From assembly GCA_004431415.1 (NCBI GenBank), contig QPMI01000330.1, positions 1 to 56,229 on the forward strand: a stretch of 56,229 nt of DNA, in the 5' to 3' direction. The notes beneath the pieces are model-generated. The model was not told the DNA's origin, ran no database searches, and saw only the letters and a program-made list of their open reading frames with translations. Positions 1 to 13,070 of this stretch are shown here, piece after piece. This DNA is from Cyanophora paradoxa CCMP329. Taxonomy: Eukaryota > Plantae > Glaucophyta. How positions within the stretch are numbered: the first letter of the stretch is position 1; each line of letters opens with the position of its first letter. Made by a program: the position numbers and the translations under genes.

Positions 1-149
1 CCTCGCGCAGGTGGACCCAAAGCCAGGGCCTTTCTCACACCCCCAGCGCGCGCGCGTGCCCCAGCGCCCCTCCGCTGGGCAGGCAGGGTAGCTATAGCAC
101 GTAGCTGTAGGCGTGTAGAGAAAACGGAGTGGCTAGACTTGCAAGACCA

Positions 150-1125
150 CTACTGCTCCTTCGCGTCGGCGCTGCCCGCCGCGCCTTCTGCGGGAGGGGC
201 GCTGGGCGCCGCCTGCTGGCCTCGCAGGGCAGTCTGCAGGGCGAGGAGGAAGAGGCCGATCGCGGCGGCTCCGAAGACGCCCATGCCCATCGCCATGAGC
301 CCTGCCGCTGACTCAGCGGCGCGAACGCAGGGAGGGCGCGCCGGCGCGGCGCCGATCGCAAGCCGCACCCACGACGAACGAGCGCAGGGTGCCCGCCATG
401 CGAATGACAACGTAGTTGTCGCTGAGGACCGGCCTGCGCGCGAGCAAGCACACGAAGCGACGCGGGTCAGATCGGGCGTTGGGGGCTTTTGGCATTGGGA
501 GCGAGGCGCACTTGGTGGCAAAGGCCGTCGCGACGGCAGACAGCGCGTAGTAGAATCCAACGGAGATGCCTCCCGCCATAGCGGACCCGGCGAGGGTCTG
601 CGAAGCCGGCGGGGCCGGGCCGGTGGGCTGCGCAGTCCGCCGGCGCGCGCGCTTCGGGCGCGGCGTGTACGGCTTCATCTCGTCCCGAATCTTCTGATCC
701 TCCGGTGACAGCTGCAGACGCACCCGCCCCGCCGACTCCTTCTCATCCTCTTCCTTTTTCGACGCTTTCTCCAGCAGAGCGCTCAGCGACTCGACATCGA
801 GCTCCTCGACGGCGCGCTGGCGCGCGGTCTTGGGCGCTGGCGGCTCCGGGGCGGGCGCTTGCGGCTCCTCCGCCTCGCACGAGATTCGATGTACATGCGC
901 GCTGGGCCGGGCGCGGGGGTGCGCGAGGCGGTGCTGCAGCTCATGCCCGAACCATGTGCTTGTTGCTTTGAATGCGGAGAGCGTGGCGGAGGCCGGGCGC
1001 GCACTCGCGCGCGACCGGACCACCGGAGCCTGGGAGCGCGTCGAAGAGGCTGCAGAGATCGCACTCTGTGCCTGGAGGCTCGACTGCGCCGGGAGGGCGG
1101 CCGCTGCGAATCCGACGGTCGCCAT
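150..1125 (-). CDS. Plastid-targeted DUF3082-family membrane protein (3 exons)
   Basis: ATG at 1125 gives MATVGFAAAALPAQSS..., a Ser/Ala-rich transit peptide with an early Phe. Removing two GT-AG introns joins ...GSAMAGGISVGFYYALSAVATAFATKPVLSDNYVVIRMAGTLRSFVVGLMAMGMGVFGAAAIGLFLLALQ, which matches the cyanobacterial/plastid DUF3082 pattern as recalled. TAG at 150-152. Confidence 0.8.
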
Positions 1126-1230
1126 TCGATCGGCAAGATATGGGTTCAGCTCCTCGGGGACCCGGTTTCGAGCGGGAGCGTCGCCGGCTCGAGCCCGTGG
1201 CCAGCTGAGCAGGCTCCCCGCGAGCGCGGG
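1126..1230. promoter_or_regulatory. Very short bidirectional promoter/5'UTR interval
   Basis: Only 105 bp separate the divergent ATGs at 1125 (-) and 1231 (+). Confidence 0.6.
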
Positions 1231-2447
1231 ATGTCGCGACCGAACTACAAAGTCGGAGCGGAGACGCCGTCGACAAAAGACGGTATTTCGCACGACGAGG
1301 AGCGCCGCCTGCGGGTCAGCGGGGCCGACTTCATCCAGGAGACCGGCGTGAAGCTGCGCATGTGCGTCTTTCAGCCCGTGCCGCCCGCCCTGCCGCGCTC
1401 GCGTCCTCATCCGAGCCGCGACCCGCCGCAGGCCCCAGTTCGTCATCGCGACGGCGATCTACTTCTTCCATCAGTTCTTTCAGCACAACTCCTTCGCGTG
1501 CACTGAGAGGGAGGCGCGCATACAGCGCGAGCTCGAGCGCCCCGCGGCCGATCTGACGCGCCGCAGACTGTCCCGCTCGCGTGCCTTTACCTGGCATCCA
1601 AGTCCGAGGAGCACTGCAGGAAGCTCAGGACATCATCAATGTCGCGTACCGCGTGCGCAACCCGGACAAAGCGCCGCTGCGCGTGGGCAAGGTGCAGCGA
1701 ACCCCGTGACCCGCGGGCGCCTGTCGTGACGCGGCCGTAGGAGTACTGGGACATGAAGGAGCTCTTGATCGTCACGGAGCAGGCGAGCTGCGCAGTCGCG
1801 CGCCCGCGCCGCGCCTCACGTGGGCCGCAGATGCTCCTGCGCGCTCTCGCGTTCGACATGAGCGTCGACCTGCCCTACAAGTACCTCCTCAACTACCTGA
1901 AGTCCCTCCGCGGTGCGTTGATCGTTCCGCGCCCCGCGCGCCGGCGCCGGCGGGCCGCCTTCTGACGAGCGGGCGTCGGCCGCGCAGTCCCGAAGAGCTT
2001 CTCGCAGCTCTGCTGGGCCCTCGTAAACGACAGGTGCAGGCGGCGGCGCGCGCGCTCGTGTGCGGGCGGTGCTGAGGCGAGGGTAGTCTGGGGTCGACGC
2101 TGGCGCTGCAGTACCGGCCGCACGTGCTGGCGGCGGGGGCCATCCACCTCGCCTCCCGCCTCGCCGCGCAGCCGCTCCCCGAGGCCCGCCCGGGCGCCTC
2201 CCTCGCCTGGTACGACGCCTTCGACTGCAAGCTCCACTGGCTCGAAGGTCCCCGCTCCCGCCCCCTCCGCGAAAACCCGAGCGGCCGACGAGGCGCGCGC
2301 GCGGGGGGCCCGCGCGCAGACGTCGGGATGCAAATTCTGGACGTGTACGCTCTGCGGGACCTGCCGTCGGGGCCGGGCGCGCCGGCGCCGGCCGCCGAGC
2401 CGGCAGAGGGGAGCGGCGGCCCAGGAGATGCCATCGACGTGGGATAG
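1231..2447 (+). CDS. Transcriptional cyclin, cyclin-Q/FAM58 (cyclin K/T/L superfamily)-like, multi-exon
   Basis: Spliced product contains FIQETGVKLRM, IATAIYFFHQFF, ACLYLASKSEEHCRKLRDIINVAYRV, EYWDMKELLIVTEQMLLRALAFDMSVDLPYKYLLNYL, i.e. two cyclin boxes. One GC-AG intron at 1783-1830. Confidence 0.85.
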
Positions 2448-2661
2448 CGCTGGAAGCGGCCGCCGGCAGGCTCGACGTTAGATAGGGATCATTTACAGGA
2501 TCACTACATGAAATTGGCAGGTGGAGGGGGACGCGGGGCAGGGACGTTGCAGTGTAGGGGATCCGGAGGCGCGAGGGGCGTGGGGCGGGGTCAGAGGGAG
2601 GGAGGGCGGCGAGCGGGGGACAGAGGGAAATTTGAAGGGTTCGGGAAGGGAAAGGGTCGGG

Positions 2662-3889
2662 TCAGCCGGCGGCGACGCCGTCGACGAGGGAGGCGATGAT
2701 GCCGTTGGGGCCGACGGCGGAGGCGCCCGGCGGGTCGATCTCGATGCAGCTCAGGTGCGAGATCTTCTTGTAGTTGACGCAGAGGAGCGGGTTGTCGGGC
2801 TCCAGGCGCCGCGCCCGCTCGAAGTCCTCGGCCGCCTCCTCGTACTTGCCGAGCGACTTGAGCGCGAAGGCGCGGCGGAAGAGGGCGACGGCGCTCTTGG
2901 GCTCGGCCTCGATGACGGCGGTGAGGTCGCGTATGGCGGCCTCCTGCGAGCCGATGGCCTGGAGCGACTTGGCGCGCTCGTGGATGTAGGGCAGGTGCCC
3001 CGCCCGCCGCTGCACCGCCTGCGAGAAGGCGGGATCGCCAGCTCGTGGAGGCCCAGGATCGCGTAGGAGAGGCCCATGTGGAAGAACCTGCGCGCCGGCG
3101 CCGCTCAGAGGAGGGCGCGGGGCGGGGGCGGGGGGGCGCAGGGAGCGCGCAGGTCGGCGAGGAGGGAGGGGTGGAGCCCGCGGGCGTCGGCTGCCTTGAA
3201 GTCGTCGATGGCCTTCCGGTGCTTCCCCCGCCGGAAGCGCGCCACGCCCCGGTAGTAGTACAGCCTGCGCCCCGCCCCACGCTCGGGGCCCCGGCGCCGA
3301 GCCGGGCGCTCGAGGCGCGTCGCACTTGGGGTCGTTGGGGCGGGCGGCGAGGGCGGCGGTGAGGTCCTTGCACGCCGGCTTGTACTGCGAGGGGGGTGGC
3401 TCGCGTCAGGGAGAAGGGGGCAAGGCGGGGCGGGGCGGGGGCGGGGCGGCGGGCGCCTGCTGGACGTCGAAGAAGCACTGGGCGCGGGCGAAGAGCAGCT
3501 CGACGTTGCCCGCCTCGTACCGCAGCGCCATCGTCTGCCCCGCCCCGCCCCCGTGAGCGCCGCGCGGCCGGCGGAGGGCGTGCGCCGCGGGCGGCCCCGC
3601 GCACCAGGTCCTCGATGGCCTCCGCGAACTGCGGCGGGGGGCCTGAGGGGCGGGGCGAGGGGGCGGGGCGGGGCGGGACGGGCGGACGTGGCCGAGGGAG
3701 CGGCGGGCGAGGGCGCGGACGTTGTAGATCTGCACGCTCTCCCCTGCGGGCAAAGGCTCGCGCCGGTGGCGGAGAGGGCGGAGGGGGCGAGCGGGGGCAC
3801 CGGAGGCGCCCCGAGCTCGATGACCTTGTCGAAGTCAGACTGCGCCTCTTTGAACTTGCCCGTCTGCGCCCCCGTCCGTCAGGGCCCAG

Positions 3890-3921
<32 letters not shown>

Positions 3922-6070
3922 CGGTGCGCGGCGCGCCTTGACGAAGGAGTGGCCGCGCTTGTAGTAGAGGGCGGCGATGTCGGAGCAGAGGTCGATGGCC
4001 GCCGTGAAGTCCCCGATCGCCTTCTCGTGCTCCCGCAGCTGCGCGCAGCCGAGGCTCCCAGCACGCTCGAGACCGAACAAGAAGGAGTCGAGGGCTTCTT
4101 TTTGGGGCGGCGGGGGCGGGGGGCGGGGGCGGGGGCGGGGGCGGGCCTCCTGGTAGACGGTGCCGCGGGCCTCGTAGACGCGCCGGTCGCTGCGGTCCCG
4201 CGCCAGCAGGTCCGTGAAGCACTTCACCGCCTGCTGCCACTCCCCTGCCCCCGCCTCGCCTCGGCCCCTTCTCCCGCTCGCGGCGGGGCGGGGCGGAGCG
4301 GGGGCGGGCCCTGCTGGTGGCGGACGAGGCCGAGGTGGTAGAGCGACTGCGTGTGGTTCCCGTCCAGCTCTGAGGGGCCGTCAGCGGCGCGTGGCGGAGC
4401 TGAGGCGGCGGAGCGAGCTCGGCGCACCGAGGGCCCGCTTGAACTCCTCGACCGCCTCCCCGAGCCCTGCGCCGCGGGTCCGCCAGCTGAGGCGGGGCGG
4501 GGCGGGGCGGGGCGGGGCGGGGCGGGGCGGGCACGATTCATGGCGTGGAAGGTGAGGCCCTTGGAGTGGTGGAAGGAGGCCATGGCGCCCCCCAGGCGGA
4601 ACGCCCGGTCGAAGTCGTCCTGCGCCTCCTCGAAGTTGCGCGCCGCCAGGCACGCGTTGCCCCGGTTGAAGAGCACGTTCGCGTCGCTCGGGTCCAGCTT
4701 GATCGCCCGCGTGAAGTCCCCCTGAGCGCCCCGCGCTGTGAGGGGGGCGGGGGGGCGGGGCCGGGCGGGGCGGGCACGATGGCGTGGGTGAGCTCGTCGG
4801 CGCCGCCGAGGCGGTAGTAGGCGAGGCCGCGGTTGTTGTAGTAGAGGGGGGACCCCTCCTCGACCTCGATGGCCGCCGTGAACTGCGGGATCGCGTCCGC
4901 GTACCGCCCTACCCCCCCCTCGGTCGGCCTCGCCGCCGACGGGGTAGGATCCCGCGGCGGCGCACCCATGTCGAAGAGGGACAGGCCGAGGTTGTTGCGC
5001 GCCGCCGGGTTCCTGGCCCGGGGGTGAGGAGAGGGGGGGGGGGGAAGGGGGGTAGGGGCACTTGGGTGCGATGTTCGAGGCGTTCGTCAGGTCCTCGATC
5101 GACTCCCGCAGGCGCCCCAGCTGCCGCCCGCCGGCGCCGTCGTCGGTCGCCCCAGGCGGGCGGGCGGGGCGGGCGGGCGGGGCGGGGGACCTGGCGGAAG
5201 CAGATGCCGCGGTTGTAGTAGGGCTTGAACTTGTCGGTGGAGTGCTCGATGGCGGCGCCGTAGTCGGCGATGGCGCGCTCGACGTCGCCGAGGTCGAAGT
5301 GGGCGAGGGCGCGGTTGTAGTGGTAGGCCCCGTTCGTCCCCTCCAGCTCGATCGCCCGCGCGAAGTCCCGCAGCGCCTCGTGCAGGCTCCCCATCATCCG
5401 GCTGCAGTGGCCCCGGCAGTCTGCCCCGTCCCGCCCCGCCCCCTGAGAGCGCGCTCGGAGAGGCGGGCGGGGCCGGGGGCGGCACCGTAGTAGACGGCCA
5501 CGTCGGGCTCGTACTTGAGGGCCATCGTGTAGTCCACGAACGCCCGGTCGAACTCGCCCATCTTCCGGAAGCAGTGGCCCCGCGCCCCGTCTGCCCCACC
5601 CCCTCGCCCCCTCACCTCCCCGCCCCGCCCGGCGGCGCCGGCGGCTGCGGCAGCGGCGGGGGGCGCGGCGCACAGTACTTTGCGTGGTCGGGGCGGAGGG
5701 CGATCGCCTGCGTGTAGAGCTCCGCCGCCTTCGTGAACTCCTCCTGCGCCGCCGCGTCAGCGCCGCGGCCGCCGCCGCCGCCGCGGCGCGGGGGCCCGCC
5801 TTCTCGTAGGCGTCCTTGCCCCCGATGAAGGCGGCCTTGGCCTTGCCGTACCGGATGCGCTCCGCCTTCTTTCGCTCGTACTCCTGCGTCCCGGCGCCCC
5901 TTCTCGCCGGCACCGCAACCGCAGCGCGCGGCGGCGCTACGGTTGATCGAGCCGGGGGCGCTCACCCGCGGGCTGAACGGCACGAAGGCGCTCGTGGAGG
6001 CCTTGCGAGTCATCATCTTGTCCTCCACTTCAACAGCCAGCGAGCGCGGCGCGGATGCAGACTTCTGCAT
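2662..6070 (-). CDS. Long multi-TPR protein, many exons
   Basis: Repeated TPR helices across exons (AAELYTQAIALRPD, YHYNRALAHFDLGDVERAIADYGAAIE, YYNNRGLAYYRLG, LFNRGNACLAARNFEEAQDDFDRA, ALFRRAFALKSLGKYEEAAEDFERA). ATG at 6070 (MQKSASAP), TGA at 2662. Confidence 0.85.
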
Positions 6071-6649
6071 CTTGCCCCACACTCGAGCAACCGGTTGTGA
6101 GAGTCTCGTAGCTAGGGCTGCGGGTCGGGGCAAGTCAGGAGCAGCTGTGCGGCAGCTTTAGATGCAGGCGCGCGGCGCATCAGCAGACCGGCTAAGTTGA
6201 TTTGAGCTAATGTGCTGGGTGTGCGCCGTGAGCGGCAGGCGCAGAGAGCTCCTGCTAATCCACGCGCTGCTTTGTGTGGTCCGGCAGCGCGCGGCGACAC
6301 TGCACGAAACTTGAGGGGCCTAGAGCACCCTATACGAAGGTCGCCAGCCCCAGTTCCCGCACGGTCAACTCGTTTTGTGGTGTGCTCGTATACCCCCCTA
6401 GACGCCAAGAACCGAGATTGCATCACAGCGCTAGCCGCAATCCGTGGCCTCGTTTTGGAGACAGACAGAAAAGGCGAGCTAGGTCGTTCCCCGCGCGCAC
6501 GACCCGAACCCCTCAACGCGCCTAGATTTAGCGCCGCCGGCCTCGTAGCTAGCGCCCGCTCTGGAGTGCAAGGGTAAGCTACAGCGCCAGAAGCACTCGC
6601 TGAAAGTAGCAGAGAGCCCCATGCGCTCCAGTAGAAGGTAGCCCTCGCA

Positions 6650-9600
6650 ATGAGGAAGTCAACCAGCAGCTCGGTGGTCTCGGCCTCCGAGCTGCGCGCC
6701 TCGACTTCGGCAATGGGGCGGGAGCCGCTGGGGCGCCCCGCCACCAGCGCCACGGCGAGCACGCCAGCGTTGAGCCGGCCCGGCCTCGGGACGCCGGGCT
6801 CGTCGCAGCAGCCGCTGCCGCCGCTGTCGCGCAGCCGGACGGACCCGCAGCCCTTTATGGCGCCCCGCGCATCCACGGCGAACCTCAGCGCGATGCGGGA
6901 GAGCCACAGCGCCGTCAACTCCTTCAACCCGCCATCGCTGCCGATGTATCCAGTGGGCGCGCTGCTGGACTCGACGGAGAAGCTCTCGGCGCTCCTCCCA
7001 ACCGCGCGGCAAGGGTGCGCCTGCGCCGCTCCCCAGCCGGTGCACCCCACTCACACCGGCCGGGGCGGGGCAGGACGGCGGCGGCGGGACTGCTGGGGGC
7101 GCACAGCTGGGGCCAGGTCTTCAGCTCGAGCGCGGAGCTGCTGGACGTGGAGGGGCAGCTGCAGGGCTACGCGAACAGCCTGAACGCGATCCTGCGGCAG
7201 TGCAACGACGGGCAGGCCTTCGCGCGCCTCTGGACGGAGTACGTGCGGCTGCTCCACCAGCAGCAGGCCCTCCAGCTGCACGTCCTCGAGCAGTTCTTCC
7301 GCGCCGACCAGGAGCGCGCCCTCGAGGGCACCCTCCGCCGCATGCACGCCCAGATCGTCGCCGAGAAGGAGGCCGTCGCCGCCGAGGTCACCCGCGTCAA
7401 GCAGGAGGAGATCGACGCGCTGCAGGCCCAGTTCGAGGCCGAGATGCAGGCCCTCAAGCGCCGCCACGGGGCGGACCGCAAGGCCTCGGCGGCGGAGGCG
7501 GAGCGGCTGGCGCGGGAGAAGGCGGCGGCGGAGGAGGCGCGGGGCCGCGTCGAGCGCACGATCGACCAGTACCGGCGGGAGCTCGAGGCGGAGGCGGCGC
7601 AGCACCGCATCACGGGCGCCAAGCTCGCCGAGGCCGTCGACCGCGGCGACGAGATGCAGCGGTGCCGCCCCTCTCCGCCGCCCCCGCGCCCCGCCTCACC
7701 GCGCCGGCGCGCATCCGCAGCCTGGCGGAGACGTGGGAGAAGAAGCACGCCGTCAAGGGTGCGCGGCCCGGCGCGACTTGGCTGGGCGGGGCTGACTCGG
7801 GGCGGGGCGCAGAGGAGACGAACGCGCTGCTGCAGCGGGACCTGCTGGCGCTGCGGCAGAAGCTAAAGCAGAAGTCGGAGGCCGCCGACGAGTTCGAGCG
7901 CGACGCCAAGCGGGCGCGCCCCGCCCCGCCCCGCCCCGCCCCCGCGTTCGTCCGGGGCGGGGCTGAGGGCGGGGCGCGGGGCAGTACCGGGGGCAGGCGG
8001 AGGAGTTCGGGGCGCGGGTTCAGGAGCTGGAGGCGCGCTTCCAGGTGCAGCTGCGGGCCGTCGCCGAGCTCCAGGCCCGCCTCCGCTCCTACGAGAAGAT
8101 CATCGCCGACAAGGACGCCCGCGCGTGCGCCCCCGCCCCCGCCCCCCCCTCCTCCCCCGCTGCCGTGCTCAGGGGAGGGGGCGGCGGCAGGACGGAGATG
8201 CAGCGGGCGATCGACGAGGGGCAGACGGCGCTGGACGCGGAGCAGGCACGGGCGTCGACGCTGCGGCGGGACCTCGCCCTCAGCGAGGACGCCCTCGCCG
8301 CCGTCCGCTCCGAGTTCACCGCCCACCGCGCCCACGCCTCCGTCCGCCCCGCCCCGCCCCGCCCGCGCCGCCCCCGCCCGACGCCCAGAGCCCTGAGGCA
8401 CCCCCCCGCAGGAGACGGAGGCGGCGCTGCGGGCGCAGGAGCAGAAGCTCAAGGCCGAGCTCGCCGAGGCCGAGCGCCGTGCGCCCGCCCGCCCGCCCCC
8501 CCGGTGCCGCGCGGCGCCGCTGAGGGGCGGGGGCAGTGCTGGCGGAGCTGAAGGCGCGGCTGCGGGTAGCGGAGGCGGCGGTGTCGGAGAAGGGGGCGGA
8601 GCTGCAGCGGGCGCTGGGGGACGAGCGGCGGCGGCAGGAGGAGGAGCGCGCCGGCTTCGAGCTCGAGATCCGCGAGCTCCGCACCCGCGTCGCCGCCGCC
8701 GAGGCCCGCCGCCCCCGCCTCGTCTCCCCCGCCCGCCGCCACCGGCCCGCTGAGGCGGCCCGCGGCGCGGCGCTCCGCAGAGCAAGATCTCGGAGATGCA
8801 GATCGAGGCGCGCATGAACGGGGCGCAGATGAAGGCCCTCCAGTCCGCCCTCGCCGACGCCAACGTCCGCCCCGCCCCCGCCGCCCGCCGCCCCCCTTCC
8901 TCGCCGCCCCGCCCCGCCGAGGCGGCGGCCGCGCGCAGAAAAACCTGGAGCGGCTGCAGGAGGCGAAGGCGGCGGCGGACGCGGAGGCGCGGCGGCGGAT
9001 CGAGCGGCTGCAGGCCGAGCTGGAGGAGGCGCAGCGGGAGCTGCGGGAGCGGCGCGCCCGCGAGGCCGAGCTCCAGGCCCGCCTCGACGAGCTCACCTCC
9101 GGCACCACCGTCCGCCCGCCCGCCCCGCCCCGCCCCGCCCCGCCCGAGAGGCTGCGCGACGGAGCGGGGGCGTGTGCGGGGCGCAGGGGCTGGCGGCGCA
9201 GCTGGAGGATGCGAAGCGGGCGCTGGGGGAGGAGCGGGCGGAGGCGGGGCGGCTGCGGGGCGAAGAGGCGCGCCTCCGCGACGAGCTCGCTGCCGCCCTC
9301 GCCGAGGTCGAGCGCATCAAGTGCGCCGGCCCCTCCGCACCGCCGCCCGCCTCGGGCGCTCACGGGGCGCGGCGCAGGATGTCGCTCGCGGTGTACCTGG
9401 AGGAGTACAACGCCGTCAAGCGGGCGCGGGACGACCTCGAGGCGGAGAAGCGGCTGCTGGAGGAGCGCGCGGCGCTGCTCAAGGCCGACGGCGAGCGGCG
9501 TGTGCAGGAGGTGACGCGCGAGTGGCGCACGCGGGCCGAGGCGCTGGACGAGGAGTGGCGCGGCAAGTACACGAGCGAGCGGCGCGAGGCGGCCGAGGCG

Positions 9601-12600
9601 CGGGAGAAGTGCGCGAGGGCGGAGAAGGAGCGCGACGCCGCCGCTGCGGAGGCGCGCGAGGCCAACGCCGCCCGCGACGCCTTCGCCGTGCAGCTCTCCG
9701 TGCGGCCGAGCCCGCCCGCCCGCCGCCGCTCTCGGGTGGAGCGGGGGCGGCGGCTGAGGGGGCGGGCGCGTGCGGCAGGCGACGGAGCAGCGGGTGCGGG
9801 CGCTGGAGGCGGAGAACGCGGAGCTGCGGCAGCAGCTGGAGCAGGCGCTGCTGCGGGCGGCGCAGCTCGAGGGCGTCATGGCCGAGCTGCGCCCACTGCA
9901 GCTCGCCCTCGAGGAGCGCGACGAGGAGCTCCGCGCCCTCCGCTCCCGCCTCTCCGACGCCGACCTCCTCGCCGAGCTCCAGGCCCGCCCCCGCCCCCGC
10001 CCCCCTGCCGGCCCCCCCTGCTCGAGGCGAGGCGGGGCGGGGGCGCAGAAAGCGCTGGCGGCGGAGCGGGAGGTCGTGGAGGAGCTGCAGCGCGAGCTCG
10101 CCGCGGCGCGCGCCGCCCTCGCCGCCGTCCCCGGCGACTCCGTCAGCGGCGCCGAGGCGGAGGCCCTCCAGCGGTACTCCCCTCCCGCGTCTGCCCCCCG
10201 CGTGCGGCGGGCCTGAGGGGGCGGCAGGCGGCTGCAGGAGCTGGAGGGCGAGGTGGGGCGCCTGCGGCCCGAGGCGGAGGGCCTGCGGGCGGAGGTGGAG
10301 GCGCTGCGGGGGGAGGCGGAGCGCGGGGCCGAGGCGGCGCGGGCGCTGGCGGAGGCGCTGGCGGAGGTGGAGAAGCTGCGCCTCGCGCTGGCGCTGGCGC
10401 TGCAGAAGAGCGCGGAGATGGAGGGGACGATCGACGAGGCCCGCGACGCCGTCGAGGCCAAGCGGCGCGCCGAGGAGGAGGCGCGCCGCCTCTCCGAGCA
10501 GGCGGCCGCGCTCAACGCGGAGCTCGCCGCCGCCCTGGCCCGCGCCGCCGCGCTGCGGGCCCTCGCCGAGCGCGAGGCGCCGGTGCCGCGCTCCCTCTTC
10601 CACCAGCTCGCCGACCAGCACCTCAAGAAGAGCGGGGTGACCCTCTCCAAGAAGGCCGTCCTCAAGCTCATCGCGCAGACGTACGTCGACAAGATGAAGG
10701 CGGACGCGGTGGACGACCGGTGCGGCGGGGCGCGGGCGGGGTTCGACGCGGTGCTGGAGCGCTGAGGTGGCTGGGGCGGGCGGGGGCGCAGGGAGGTGCA
10801 CCGGCGGCAGGACCTGCACGAGTTCGTGATGGACGCCTTCCTCTTCCGCTACGGCGTCAAGGAGAAGGCCGAGGAGAAGCTCGTCCGCCCCCGCCCGCCC
10901 CGCGGCCCTTCCCGTCCGCCCGCTGAAGATGCGGCGGCCGGCGCAGGCGGAGCTGCTGTGCGCGGCGCGGGAGTACGCGGCCGAGTGCCCGCGCATCCGC
11001 GCCTTCGCCTCCTTCCTCGGCCTCACCGACACCAAGGCCCGCCCCGCCCCGCCCCTCCCCGCCCCGCCCCCGCCCCCTCGCGCGCCCGTCCGAGCCGGGG
11101 CGGCCGCAGCGCTCGCCGGACGCGCTGGACGCGTACCTCCTCGCCGTCGGCTGTCTGCAGGCTCGCTCGCCCCTTCGCGCGCCCTCTGCGCTCTCCTGCC
11201 CTCTGAGAGGGGCGGGGCGGGGGCGCTGCAGGGCCTGATCGGGGGCGGGGCGCCGCTCTTCTCGGAGGGGAACTGGGAGGCGGGGGACGCCAACGGCGCC
11301 GTCCTCGTCCCCGCCCAGGCGCGCCGGCCCGCCCCGGGCCCCGCCCCAGGCGCCCCCGCTGAGAGCGCCTCGGGCAGATGGCGGTGGAGGGCCTGCCGGG
11401 GGCCCTCTTCCCCGGGATGGTCCCCGAGCACCGCGCCGAGCTCGCCGCCCGCATCCGCGACGCAGCGGCGCGCCCCGCCGCCGCCTCCTTTCGGGGCGCC
11501 CCTCTGAACTGCGGGGCAGGTGGAGTCGGGGAAGGCGCCGAAGAAGCGGACGACCGTCGACCTCGACGAGCTCCTCGAGATCGCCCTCCAGGCGCGCGCG
11601 GCCCCGCCCGCCCCCCGCCCCCTCCTTTCGACCCGTCTCGCAGGCGTGGCAGCTGGAGAGCGGGCGGGCGCAGGCGCGCCTCTACGCCCTCTTCACGAGC
11701 GCCGACCGCTCCCAGCGGGGCGTGATCACCCTCCAGGAGGCCCGCCCCGCCCGGCGCCCCGCCCCCAACCCCCGGCGCGAGGGGCCGGGGCTGAGGGGGC
11801 GGGGGCGCAGTTCGCGGGGGTCGTGAAGGCGGCGAACGGCGAGCTCTCCGACGGGGCGGTCCGCGCCGGCCCCGCCCCCCGCCCCCGCCGGGGGTGCAGC
11901 GTGCCCACGGGCGGGGGCGGGGGCGCGCAGGTCTCGTACATGTTCCGCGAGGCCCTGCTGCACCCGACCTGCACCCGCACCCGCGCCGAGCTCGTGCGCC
12001 CCGTGCCCCGCTCCCCTTCCCTCCACCCCATCTGGCTTGACGGCGGGCGGGGCGGGCGGGGCCTCGGGCAGGGCGTGACGGCGGACGCGTTCGCGTACGT
12101 GCTGGGGCGGCACCGCGCGCTCGCCGCCGGGGAGAAGCCGGCCCCGCCCGAGACCGTCGCCGCCTTCGTGCGCCCCCGCCCACGCCCCGCCCCCGCCCCC
12201 GCCGCGCCTCCTCCGAGGCGGCGCGCGTCAGACGGAGGCGAACTGGGCGCTGCTGGAGCGCTTCTACGGGGCGCAGCGGGGGGCGCTCTGGGAGCAGCTG
12301 CAGGCCGTCGTCGCCGCCGTCGCCCGCCTCGCCGACTCCCCGGCCGACGGCTCCGAGGCCGTCCGCCGCCTGCTGCGCCGCGTCGACGCGCTGCCCGACA
12401 CGCTCGCCGGGCGGCGCGGGACCTTCGAGGCGGCCGCCGAGGCCCACCGCCAGCTCCTCGCCGACCTCAACGCCTGCCTCTTCCGCCTCCTCGCCGCCGG
12501 CGGCCCCGCCCCGCCCCTCGAGCGCGGCGCCGCCGGCGGCCTGGGGCCCCTCGCGCCGCCCACCGCCGCCCTCGAGTCCTTCGTCCCCGCGGAGGCTCGG

Positions 12601-12951
12601 CCGCCGACCCCCCGCCCCTCGCCTCGCCCTACATCTCCGTCGGCTCCGCCTCCCGCGGTCTCTCCCCGACGCAGAGCGCGGCGGGGCGCCCAGCCCGCCC
12701 CCTCCATCCCCTCCCTCGTCGTCCCCACGGGCTCGGGTCCCGCCGGCCCCGGCAGCGCCCGCGCCCCCTCCTCCCGGGGCCTCGAGGGCGCGGCGCCCCT
12801 CAGCGCCCGCCGCCAGAGCCTCGCCCCCGCCAGCGGCCCCCTCCCCTCCAGCTCCGGCCGTCGCCCGAGCCTCTCGGGCCCCCCCACGCCGGCCGGGGCC
12901 CCCCCCGCACTGAACTCGGCGCGCCGCCCCAGCCTGGGAGGGACCGGCTGA
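6650..12951 (+). CDS. Giant coiled-coil protein with C-terminal helical/EF-hand-like region (probable flagellar/cytoskeletal)
   Basis: More than 20 short exons of E/R/A/L heptad sequence, followed by KAVLKLIAQTYVDKMKADAVDDR-EVHRRQDLHEFVMDAFLFRYGVKEKAEEKL...PRIRAFASFLGL and LFTSADRSQRGVITLQE (EF-hand-like). The last exon reads to TGA at 12949-12951. The start is tentative. Confidence 0.7.
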
Positions 12952-13070
12952 CCCCACTCACCTCCTCATATCTCTGTACCCTCCTCCTTTGTTTTCTGCT
13001 GAACATATGCATCGATCGATACCGGCATCGGGGTGCGTGCCGGGGCCGGCGGGTCGGAGGGGCGGGGGTG

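Noticed and set aside
12590-12700. Possible compensated frameshift in the last exon of the coiled-coil gene
   Set aside because: Both frames are open and low-complexity, so it cannot be separated from chance or assembly error without reads.
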